Position numbers and translations under genes: made by a program. From an uncultured delta proteobacterium (GTDB lineage: Bacteria; Myxococcota; Myxococcia; Myxococcales; Myxococcaceae), in contig CAVZMH010000019.1 of assembly GCA_963776345.1 (NCBI GenBank), forward strand, positions 96,001 to 160,000: 64,000 nt of DNA. Direction: 5' to 3'. Below are positions 48,030 to 56,504 of the stretch, piece after piece. The notes under the pieces are model-generated. The model did no database searches. It worked only from the letters and a program-made list of their open reading frames with translations, and was not told where the DNA came from. Position 1 is the stretch's first letter. The number at the start of each line of letters is the position of its first letter.

Positions 48030-48064
48030 ACGGTTGCTGATCGCGCTGATCTAGGGGAGGACAT

Positions 48065-48724
48065 GTGAGAGCTGCGAAACTCAATGCAGTCGGCTGGACG
48101 GCAGTCTTCGCGCTGTGCCTCGGTGGGGTGGCGAACGCCCAGACCACCACCGTTGCCAACCACTGGACCGTGGACTCCGGGGAGACGGTCGGGGCGGGCG
48201 CGAACGTGCTCCGGGGTCAGGTGGGCTTCCCGGGCTTCACCGGTGACTTCATCCACGGGCTCGATCCGACCTTCGACATCGGCGCTCGCATCTGGCTGAA
48301 CTACGCGATCGAGGGCGTGACCAACGCCTCGGCGTTCGAGTTCAAGGTCCAGCTGACGCTCCGCAAGCAGTTCATGGACAACGGGAAGCTGAAGCTGGCC
48401 GGGACCTTCGACCCGGGCTTCCTGGTCTGGTCGAGCGGGGGAACCGTCAGCGGCCTCACGTTCCCCATCGGGCTGCAGCTCGGCATCCCGATCGACAGCA
48501 AGGTCACCATCAACGCCTCGTTCGACATTCCGATGTACGTGACCTTCGGGACCTTCGGGAACTTCCACCTTCCGCTCCTCTTCGGCGGCGGGGTCGAGTA
48601 CCTCCTCGAGCCGAACCTGGCGCTCACCTTCCACCTGAAGGTCGGCCCCGACATCGGCTTCGGAGACTTCAGCTCGACGAACTTCGCGCTCTACGCGCTG
48701 TTCGGCGTCGCCTACAAGATGTGA
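48065..48724 (+). CDS. Putative outer-membrane beta-barrel protein
   Basis: GGGGAGG RBS, signal peptide ending ANA, aromatic/Gly-rich strands, C-terminal LFGVAYKM. Confidence 0.72.
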   Translation: MRAAKLNAVGWTAVFALCLGGVANAQTTTVANHWTVDSGETVGAGANVLRGQVGFPGFTGDFIHGLDPTFDIGARIWLNYAIEGVTNASAFEFKVQLTLRKQFMDNGKLKLAGTFDPGFLVWSSGGTVSGLTFPIGLQLGIPIDSKVTINASFDIPMYVTFGTFGNFHLPLLFGGGVEYLLEPNLALTFHLKVGPDIGFGDFSSTNFALYALFGVAYKM

Positions 48725-48756
48725 CGGCCTCCAGGCCGTGCTGAGGTGATGCCCGG

Positions 48757-50073
48757 ATGACCCCGTACGAGCTCATCCGGGCCAAGCGCGATGGCGGCGC
48801 GCTGCCGCCGGACGCGCTGCGCGGTTTGCTCGCCGCGTACGCCCGCGGGGAGGTCCCGGACTACCAGATGGCCGCCCTGTGCATGGCGGTCTTCTTCCGG
48901 GGCCTCGACGCGGCCGAGCTGCGGACCTGGACCGAGGCCATGCTCCACTCGGGGAGCACGCTCCGGCGCCGGCCCGGCTCGCCGCCGCGGGTCGACAAGC
49001 ACTCGACCGGTGGGGTGGGGGACAAGGTCTCCCTCTGCCTCGCTCCGCTCGTGGCAGCCTGCGGCCTGGCCGTCCCGATGGTGAGCGGCCGCGGGCTCGG
49101 CCACACCGGCGGCACGCTGGACAAGCTCGCCGCCATCCCCGGGTTTCGCACCGACCTGTCGCTCGCCGAGGCCGACCGCGTCCTGGGTGAGCTGGGGGTG
49201 TGCATGCTCGGGCAGACCGACGAGCTCGCCCCGGCCGACCGGCGGCTGTACGCGCTCCGCGACGTCACCGCGACGGTGGACTCCATCCCGCTCATCGCCG
49301 CCAGCATCCTGAGCAAGAAGCTCGCCGAGGACCTGGACGGGCTGGTGCTCGACGTGAAGGTCGGCTCGGGCGCGTTCATGCGCCGGCAGCAGGAGGCCGA
49401 GCGGCTCGCGCGGACGCTGGTGGACCTGGCCCGGGACCTGGGCTGCCCGGCCGTCGCCTGGCTCACCTCGATGGACGCCCCGCTCGGCCGCGCCGTGGGC
49501 AACGGCAACGAGCTGCTCGAGGCCGTGGACGTGCTCCGCGGCGAGGGCCCCGCGGACGTGCGCGCGCTCACCCTCCGCCTCGGCGCCGAGATGCTGGTGC
49601 TCGGGCGGCAGGCCGGGAGCGTCCCCGAGGCGGAGCGGCGGCTCGCGGCGGCCATCGCCGACGGCTCGGGCCTGGAGCGCTTCCGGGCGCTGGTCCGTGC
49701 GCAGGGCGGAGACCCGGGCCTGCTCGACAGTCCGGCGCGCCTGCTCGGTCCACTGGAGACGACGGAGGTGCGCGCGGAGCGGGCCGGTCACCTCGCGTCC
49801 GTCGACACGCTGGCGGTGGGCCTCGCGGCCGTGGTGCTCGGCGCGGGCCGCACCCGGAGCGACGACTCCATCGACCCCGGCGTCGGACTCACCGTGCTCC
49901 ACCGGCCCGGCGACCGGGTGGAGCGGGGCGAGGCGCTGGTCGCGGTTCACCACCGGTCCGGTCAGGACGTGGGGAAGGTGTGCCGCCGGCTCGCGTCAGC
50001 GGTGCGCATCGGCGACGCGGTCGAGCCCGTTCCGCCGCTGCTCCTCGCCCGGCTGGAGGCCTCGCGGCCATGA
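48757..50073 (+). CDS. deoA: Thymidine/pyrimidine-nucleoside phosphorylase
   Basis: VDKHSTGGVGDK, SGRGLGHTGGTLDKL, SILSKK, DVKVGSGAFM. Confidence 0.94.
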   Translation: MTPYELIRAKRDGGALPPDALRGLLAAYARGEVPDYQMAALCMAVFFRGLDAAELRTWTEAMLHSGSTLRRRPGSPPRVDKHSTGGVGDKVSLCLAPLVAACGLAVPMVSGRGLGHTGGTLDKLAAIPGFRTDLSLAEADRVLGELGVCMLGQTDELAPADRRLYALRDVTATVDSIPLIAASILSKKLAEDLDGLVLDVKVGSGAFMRRQQEAERLARTLVDLARDLGCPAVAWLTSMDAPLGRAVGNGNELLEAVDVLRGEGPADVRALTLRLGAEMLVLGRQAGSVPEAERRLAAAIADGSGLERFRALVRAQGGDPGLLDSPARLLGPLETTEVRAERAGHLASVDTLAVGLAAVVLGAGRTRSDDSIDPGVGLTVLHRPGDRVERGEALVAVHHRSGQDVGKVCRRLASAVRIGDAVEPVPPLLLARLEASRP

Positions 50074-50912
50074 GCACGCTCTTCGACCGGCTCCAGGAAT
50101 CGGCCGCGGCGGTGCGGGCGCGACTTCCGGGCGCCGAGCCCGAGGTGGCGCTGGTGCTGGGGAGCGGGCTCGCCGGGGCGGTGCGGCTGCTCGAGGAGCC
50201 ACGGAGCCTCCCGCTCGCCGACCTTCCGCACGTGGGCACGCCGAGCGTCTCCGGTCATCCGGGCCGCCTGGTCGTCGGCCGGGTGGGACGGGTGCGGGTC
50301 GGCGTGCTCCAGGGCCGGCTGCACACCTACGAGGGCTGGACCGCCGCCGAGACGGCGTACCCGGTCCGTCTGCTCATCACCCTCGGCGCCCGGGTGGTGG
50401 TCCTCACCAACGCCTCGGGCGGGGTGCGCGACGGGCTTCGCGGGGGCGACTGGATGGCCGTCACCGACCACCTGAACCTCGGCGGGAGGAACCCGCTCGA
50501 GGGGCCCAACGACCCGAGGCTGGGGCCCCGCTTCCCGGACCTGTCGCATGCCTACGACCCGGGGCTCCGCGCGCTGCTCCTGCGCGCCGCGGACGGGGCC
50601 GGGGTTCCGCTCCAGGAGGGCGTCTACGCGATGATGCCCGGCCCCTCGTACGAGACGCCGGCGGAGATCCAGATGCTCCGGCGCCTCGGCGCGGACGCGG
50701 TGGGCATGAGCACCGTCCCCGAGGTCATCGCCGCGGTGCACATGGGCGCCCGGGTGGTCTGCCTGAGCTGCATCACCAACGCCGCCGCCGGGCTCGGCGG
50801 CGCCCTCTCCCACGCCGAGGTCGAGGCGACGGCGCGGGAGGCCGAGGAAGGGGGAGTTCGCATCCTCCGGGCTTTCCTGGAGATGCTGGAGGGGTCGCCC
50901 GGACCGGGGTGA
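50070..50912 (+). CDS. Purine-nucleoside phosphorylase (trimeric PunA/XapA type)
   Basis: LGSGL, GRLHTYEG, TNASGG, GPSYETPAE, VGMSTVPE. Confidence 0.94.
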   Translation: MSTLFDRLQESAAAVRARLPGAEPEVALVLGSGLAGAVRLLEEPRSLPLADLPHVGTPSVSGHPGRLVVGRVGRVRVGVLQGRLHTYEGWTAAETAYPVRLLITLGARVVVLTNASGGVRDGLRGGDWMAVTDHLNLGGRNPLEGPNDPRLGPRFPDLSHAYDPGLRALLLRAADGAGVPLQEGVYAMMPGPSYETPAEIQMLRRLGADAVGMSTVPEVIAAVHMGARVVCLSCITNAAAGLGGALSHAEVEATAREAEEGGVRILRAFLEMLEGSPGPG

Positions 50913-50992
50913 GGGTGAATCCCACCTCCGCGGGGGTCTGCGCCGACGTACCTTCCTTACTCGTCTGTCCCCCATGTAAGCTTCCGGCCAGC

Positions 50993-51346
50993 ATGGAGGC
51001 CTCCTCCACCGAGCAGTCGGCGACCGAGCGGCCGCACGACCGGCGGGACTCGCCGCGGGTGCCGTTCCGCTTCCTGGCCCGCTGCGCGCGGGACGGGGAG
51101 CCCTTCGAGGAGACCCGCGGGGACCTCAGCATCGGCGGCGTGTTCTGGGGCACCACCCACGAGCCGCACGCGCCGGAGGTGGAGGTCCGGGTCATCCTGC
51201 CGGGCGAGCACAACGAGATCCACGCCCGGGGGCAGATCGTCGGCCGCCGCGACACCGGGTTCCACATCCGCTTCACCGCGCTCGCCACCGACGACGAGCT
51301 GGCCATCGCCCGCTACATCGACGAGGTGGGCATCGGCTGGGAGTAG
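50993..51346 (+). CDS. Stand-alone PilZ domain protein
   Basis: RRDSPR (RxxxR) and DLSIGG (DxSxxG). Confidence 0.88.
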   Translation: MEASSTEQSATERPHDRRDSPRVPFRFLARCARDGEPFEETRGDLSIGGVFWGTTHEPHAPEVEVRVILPGEHNEIHARGQIVGRRDTGFHIRFTALATDDELAIARYIDEVGIGWE

Positions 51347-51374
51347 CGGGGAGGCCTCCTGTAGGTTTGTGGGC

Positions 51375-51809
51375 ATGGAGCCGGACTGGTCAGCGCTGGA
51401 GGCGGCCGCCCGCGCGGCGATTCCCCGGGCGTACGCGCCGTACTCGCGCTTCCCGGTGGCGGCGGCCCTCCGCTTCGCGGACGGCCAGGTGCTCGCCGCG
51501 GTGAACGTGGAGAACGCCTCGTACCCCTTGAGCCTCTGCGCCGAGCGCGCCGCGGTGGCGGCGGGCATCGCCGGCGGGCACGGGCCGGTGCGCGCGGTGC
51601 TGGTGCTCACCGGCGCCGCCGAGCCCACCACCCCCTGCGGAGGGTGCCGCCAGGTGCTGGCCGAGCACGGCGCCCCCGACGTCCCGGTGCGCTCGCTGAC
51701 CCTGCAGGGACGCACCGCCGAGCACCGCCTCGGTGCGCTGCTTCCCGACGCATTCCGCTCGGAGTCGCACGACCGGCGCAATCCCCCCCTCCCCGGGGAC
51801 GTATGGTAA
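51375..51809 (+). CDS. cdd: Cytidine deaminase
   Basis: [30 protein letters not shown]. Confidence 0.94.
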   Translation: MEPDWSALEAAARAAIPRAYAPYSRFPVAAALRFADGQVLAAVNVENASYPLSLCAERAAVAAGIAGGHGPVRAVLVLTGAAEPTTPCGGCRQVLAEHGAPDVPVRSLTLQGRTAEHRLGALLPDAFRSESHDRRNPPLPGDVW

Positions 51810-51838
51810 GCCGCCACCGACGACAGGTGACCTGACCC

Positions 51839-52573
51839 ATGTGGAATCGTCTCAAGCGTGCGATGCGGAGCTTCTTCGGCTTCTTCGTCTCGGGCATCGA
51901 GAACCCGGAGCTGATCCTCGAGCAGAACATCCGGGACCTGAACGACCAGGTGCCGCGGATGAACGAGTCGATCGCCATGGTCCGGGCGAACCTCACGCTT
52001 CTGGAAAAAGAGAACCAGAAGTACCAGACCGAGGTGAACGACCTCACCGCCAGGGTGAAGGCCGCCATCCAGGCCAACCGGGACGACCTCGCCGCCTCCT
52101 ACGCCACCCGGCTCCAGATGGAGCGGCAGGCGCTGGAGCGGAACATCCAGCAGCTCGACACCGCCAAGTCCGCCTACGAGAAGGCGCTGAACGTCAAGAA
52201 GATGTTCATGCGCGAGAAGGAGCGGAAGACGCAGGAGGCGATGAGCGCCATCCGCGACGCCCGCCGCGCCAAGTGGCAGTCCAAGGTGGCCGACGCGATG
52301 GAGTCCTTCGAGGTCGCCGGCATCGACGCCACCCACGACGAGATGCTGCGCAAGGTCCAGGAGGCCGCCGCGGTCAACGAGGCCCGGATGCAGATGGCGC
52401 TCGAGTCGGTGGACCACCAGGCGCTGCAGATCGAGGAGGACGCCGAGAAGCTGCAGGCCCAGGAGCTGGTCAAGCAGTTCAAGATGGAGATGGGGCTCGC
52501 CACGCCCACCCCGGTGTCCGAGACCGGAGAGGCCCCGGAGAAGACCATCGGCAAGAAGGTGGAGGTGAAGTAA
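51839..52573 (+). CDS. PspA/IM30 family protein
   Basis: Amphipathic [28 protein letters not shown], long coiled coil. Confidence 0.9.
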   Translation: MWNRLKRAMRSFFGFFVSGIENPELILEQNIRDLNDQVPRMNESIAMVRANLTLLEKENQKYQTEVNDLTARVKAAIQANRDDLAASYATRLQMERQALERNIQQLDTAKSAYEKALNVKKMFMREKERKTQEAMSAIRDARRAKWQSKVADAMESFEVAGIDATHDEMLRKVQEAAAVNEARMQMALESVDHQALQIEEDAEKLQAQELVKQFKMEMGLATPTPVSETGEAPEKTIGKKVEVK

Positions 52574-52586
52574 AGCCAGTCTCCGG

Positions 52587-53747
52587 ATGGCCTGGCGGCG
52601 CAAGACGGGGCGGTATCTCTTCCTCGCGCTCCTCCTCGTCGCCGGTGGGTGGCTCGCGGCGAGCTGGATGGGCCTGCTCGACCGGGCCAGCAGACGGCTG
52701 TTCCCGGCGCTGGAGAAGACCGGGACCCTGTCCCCCGGGGACTTCCCCGCCGGGGTCACCGCGCCGGGCGGGGACATCGCCTCCGTCCCCCTCCGTCCCA
52801 CCCTCCTCGGCTTCACGCCCCGCGGCTCGGCAGCGTCGCTCCTGCTGGCCACCGGGGGCGTCGGGGCTGAGGGCAAGGGAGGCCTGCTCCGGACCGGCTA
52901 CTCGCTGGACGCCCGCGCCGTGGTCTTCGCCCGAACCGCCGAGCTCCGCAAGGCGCTCCGGGATGGCGCCGAGCGCGGCGGCGTGGACATGGCGGCGCTC
53001 ACCGTTGACCGGGTGGCGAGCTGGATCCACCCCCTCCGCGACGCCGCGCCCCGGGTGGTGCTCCTGCTCGCGAGGAGCCAGGGGGCGGATGCGCTGGGGG
53101 CGGTGGGCGTCTCCAGCCTTGGCGAGCTCAAGGGGCGGCGGCTGGCGGTGGCCGCCGCCAGCCCCGGCCAGTACTTCGCGTTCTGGCTCCTGATGCGGGC
53201 AGGCCTCGGAACCGGGGACGTGCGCTGGGTGGACCTGCCGTCGTCGCTCGACGCGGGGCTGGCGCTGCGCGAGGGGCGGGCGGACGCCATCGTCGGGCTG
53301 CGGGGCGACGTCGACGCCGCCACGGCCGACCGCGGCGGCCGGGTCCTGGCCACCACCGCCGACGCGCCACACCTCGTGGCGACCGTCCTCGTCGTGCGGG
53401 GGGATTTCGCCGCGCGCTACCCGGATGGGGTGCGCCGCACCATCCGGGGCCTGCTGGACGCGGCGGCAGCCACCGTCCGGGATCCGATCCCGGCGGCGCG
53501 CTTCCTCGGCGAGGTGGCCCCCTCGCTCGGGGACCCACGCGAGGCGGTGCTGGACGAGCCCCCGGCCACCCTGCGCGAGAACCTCGCCTTCTTCGGCATC
53601 GCCGGGCAGGCTCCGGTCACCTACGACGAACTCTTCCAGAGCGCGGCCGCTCTCGAGGCGCGGCTGGGAAAGTCGCCCCCGCCGCCCGCGGCGGAGGACA
53701 CCCGCGACGTGACCGTCATCCGGAGCCTGGGGGAGGCGCGCCCATGA
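52587..53747 (+). CDS. Membrane-anchored type II periplasmic-binding protein (NMT1/SsuA-like)
   Basis: N-terminal [33 protein letters not shown]. Confidence 0.75.
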   Translation: MAWRRKTGRYLFLALLLVAGGWLAASWMGLLDRASRRLFPALEKTGTLSPGDFPAGVTAPGGDIASVPLRPTLLGFTPRGSAASLLLATGGVGAEGKGGLLRTGYSLDARAVVFARTAELRKALRDGAERGGVDMAALTVDRVASWIHPLRDAAPRVVLLLARSQGADALGAVGVSSLGELKGRRLAVAAASPGQYFAFWLLMRAGLGTGDVRWVDLPSSLDAGLALREGRADAIVGLRGDVDAATADRGGRVLATTADAPHLVATVLVVRGDFAARYPDGVRRTIRGLLDAAAATVRDPIPAARFLGEVAPSLGDPREAVLDEPPATLRENLAFFGIAGQAPVTYDELFQSAAALEARLGKSPPPPAAEDTRDVTVIRSLGEARP

Positions 53748-54541
53748 GAAGGCGCCGGAGCACCCTCCGCGCGGCGCTCCTCGCCCCGGCGAACGTCGTC
53801 GCGCTGGCCACCGCGGGCGGGGCGGCGCTGGTCACCGGACAGGCGCTCCCGGCCCTGGTGGCGCTCGCGGCGGAGGCGTTCTACCTCGCGGTCGTGGGGC
53901 TCGTCCCTGCGCTCCGCCGCGCGGTGGGCTCCGGGGCCACCTCGCCCGAGGACGACGAGATGGAGCGCCTGCTGGCCGAGCTGGCCGAGAACCAGCGCGA
54001 GCACTACTTCGTGCTCCGAGACCTCCGCGACGCCATCCTCGAGAACTACCGGAAGCTCCCCGGCGGCGGGGTGCTGGCTGCGTCCAGCGAGGCACAGCTC
54101 GCGGCGCTGCTCACCGCCTTCCTCCGTCTGCTCGCCACGCTCAACGACCATCGCCGCTACCTGGGCATCGCCGACCGCGAGGCGCTGCGGCGCGAGCTGC
54201 GGCTGCTCGAGGCCGAGCTGGACGGACAGGGCAACCCGCGGCTGCGCGAGGTGCAGGAGAAGCGGGCGGACATCCTCCGCCGGCGGCTGGAGCGGTTCGG
54301 CCAGGCCGAGGAGAGCCGGGCGGTGGTGAGCCACCAGCTCGCCAGCATCGAGGACCTGGTCAAGCTGACCCACGAGCAGTCCATCTCCATCCGCGATCCG
54401 GCGGCGGTCACCGGGATGCTCGACGCGCTCGCCGCCGAGGTCAGCGCCACCGAGCAGACGGTGCGCGAGCTGGAGCAGTTCTTGGACGTCACCGAGGAGC
54501 CGGGCGCCGCCGGGGGCCGCCGCACCCGGGTGCGGGGATGA
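53744..54541 (+). CDS. Two-TM helical/coiled-coil hypothetical protein
   Basis: Two N-terminal hydrophobic helices then a charged helical domain; ATGA overlaps at both ends. Confidence 0.75.
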   Translation: MRRRRSTLRAALLAPANVVALATAGGAALVTGQALPALVALAAEAFYLAVVGLVPALRRAVGSGATSPEDDEMERLLAELAENQREHYFVLRDLRDAILENYRKLPGGGVLAASSEAQLAALLTAFLRLLATLNDHRRYLGIADREALRRELRLLEAELDGQGNPRLREVQEKRADILRRRLERFGQAEESRAVVSHQLASIEDLVKLTHEQSISIRDPAAVTGMLDALAAEVSATEQTVRELEQFLDVTEEPGAAGGRRTRVRG

Positions 54542-55614
54542 GGGCCGGGGCGCTCGCCGCGCGGCTCGCGGTCCGGGTGCACCAGGGGCTCCGGGCCCTG
54601 GTGGACCGGCTCGCGCCGCCGGAGCTGCTGCTGGCCGAGCGGATCACCGGGGTGGCGCGCACCGCCGTTGCCGGGGCGCTGGTCTCCAGCGGGCTGGCCG
54701 AGCGGCTCGACGGCACGCCCCGCACCGCCCGCGAGCTGGTGGGCGACGGGGCGCTGGAGCTCGACACCGCCGAGCGCATCCTCCGCGGCGCCGCCGCGGT
54801 GGGGCTGCTCGAGCGCAGCGGCGCTGGCTTCCGCCGCAACCGCCTCACCCGGGTGCTCCAGCCCGAGGCGCCGCGCTCGCTCGGTGCGCTGGCGGTCTAC
54901 TTCGCCTCCGAGTCGAACCTCCTCGCCTGGAGCCGCTTCCCCGAGGCGGTGCGCACCGGCGAGGTGGCGTTCCGCCGCGCGCACGGCCACGGCATCTGGG
55001 AGCACCTCGCCTCGTCCGAGGAGGAGGGCGCGCGCTTCGCCCGGGCGATGGACGCGGTCACCCGCCTCGATGCGGAGGCGGTCGTCCAGACCCCCGGGTT
55101 CTCGGGCCTCGGGGGCCTGTGCGACGTCGCCGGCGGCACGGGCGCGCTGCTCGAGGCGGCGCTCCGGGCGCATCCGCGGCTGACGGGCGTGCTGGTGGAC
55201 GCGCCGGGCGTGGTGCAGCTCGCGCGCCGCCGCTTCGAGCGCTCCGGGCTGCTCGGACGGGTGCGGCTCGAGCCAGCGGACGTCTTCGCCCGGGTGCCCG
55301 AGGGTCTCCCGGCGTACGTGCTGAAGGACGTGCTCCACGACTGGGACGACGCCCGGGCGCTGGCGCTGCTCGCGGTCGTCCGCCGGGCGATGCCGGCCGG
55401 AGCGCGCCTGCTCCTGGTGGAGCTGCTCCTCGAGGGTGGCCCGGTGGAGGCGCTGGCCTCCCTGGTGGACCTCCAGATGCTGGCGGTCACCGACGGGGGG
55501 CGGCAGCGCTCGGTGGACGAGCTCGCCGGTCTGCTCGGGCGGGCCGGGTTCTCCCGGCCCGTGGTGCACCGGACCCGTACCGCGAGCAGCGTCCTGGTCT
55601 CGGAGGCCGTGTAG
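54538..55614 (+). CDS. SAM-dependent O-methyltransferase (dimerisation + Methyltransf_2)
   Basis: CDVAGGTG, LKDVLHDWDD, DLQML, GRQRS. Confidence 0.92.
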   Translation: MRAGALAARLAVRVHQGLRALVDRLAPPELLLAERITGVARTAVAGALVSSGLAERLDGTPRTARELVGDGALELDTAERILRGAAAVGLLERSGAGFRRNRLTRVLQPEAPRSLGALAVYFASESNLLAWSRFPEAVRTGEVAFRRAHGHGIWEHLASSEEEGARFARAMDAVTRLDAEAVVQTPGFSGLGGLCDVAGGTGALLEAALRAHPRLTGVLVDAPGVVQLARRRFERSGLLGRVRLEPADVFARVPEGLPAYVLKDVLHDWDDARALALLAVVRRAMPAGARLLLVELLLEGGPVEALASLVDLQMLAVTDGGRQRSVDELAGLLGRAGFSRPVVHRTRTASSVLVSEAV

Positions 55615-55628
55615 AGTCACCGGCCGAC

Positions 55629-56408
55629 ATGGCCGAGGTCCTGACGAGAGACGATGCGAGGGTGCGGTGGATCACCTTCAACCGCCCCGAGACGCGCAAT
55701 GCGCTCACCACCCAGGTGAACGACACGGTCCGCGAGGCGGTGACCTCCGCCCCGACCAGCGGCGCCCGGGTGGTGGTGCTCACCGGTGCCGGCGGCGCCT
55801 TCAGCTCGGGGCTCGACCTGCGCGTGGCCGCCGAGGAGGGCATGGACTCCGAGCGCATCGAGTCGCGGATGCGCACCCACTTCCACGGGCTCATCCGCGC
55901 CATCCGCGCCTGTCCGCTGCCGACCCTCGCCGTGGTGGATGGACCGGCGGCCGGCTTCGGGTGCGACTTGGCGCTGGCCTGCGATCTCCGGCTGGTCTCC
56001 GACCGGGCCCGCTTCGGGGAGATCTTCGTCAAGCGCGGGCTGATGCCGGACGGCGGCGGCACCTGGATGCTCCCCCGCCTGATCGGCCTCGGGCGGGCGC
56101 TGGAGCTGATGCTCACCGGCGACCTGGTGGACGCCGCCGAGGCGCACCGGATCGGGCTCGCCAACCGCGTCTACCCCGCGCAGCAGCTCGAGTCCGCCGC
56201 CTGGGACTTCGCCCGGACCCTCGCCGCCGGGCCGCCGCTGGTGCACCGGGCGGTGAAGGCGGCGGTGGAGGCGGCGAGCCACTCCAGCCTCGACGAGGCC
56301 CTGGAGGGCGAGGTGCGGGGGCAGCTGAAGCTCCTGGCCTCGGCGGACTTCCAGGAAGGGGTGGTCGCGTTCCTCGAGAAGCGGCCGCCGACGTTCCGGG
56401 GAGAGTGA
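55629..56408 (+). CDS. Enoyl-CoA hydratase/isomerase
   Basis: FNRPETRNAL, FSSGLDL, GPAAGFG, GLMPDGG, AFLEKRPP. Confidence 0.92.
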   Translation: MAEVLTRDDARVRWITFNRPETRNALTTQVNDTVREAVTSAPTSGARVVVLTGAGGAFSSGLDLRVAAEEGMDSERIESRMRTHFHGLIRAIRACPLPTLAVVDGPAAGFGCDLALACDLRLVSDRARFGEIFVKRGLMPDGGGTWMLPRLIGLGRALELMLTGDLVDAAEAHRIGLANRVYPAQQLESAAWDFARTLAAGPPLVHRAVKAAVEAASHSSLDEALEGEVRGQLKLLASADFQEGVVAFLEKRPPTFRGE

Positions 56409-56439
56409 GCGAAGGTGTGAGACGCACACCGGCGCCTCG

Positions 56440-56469
56440 TTGACCCTCCGCTCGGCCGGTCGCTAGGCT
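56440..56469 (+). promoter_or_regulatory. Putative sigma-70-type promoter for the kinase
   Basis: TTGACC-18 nt-TAGGCT. Confidence 0.45.
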
Positions 56470-56504
56470 TGCTGGCCGCGGTTGCTCCCCGGACCCGGCC
56501 TCCC

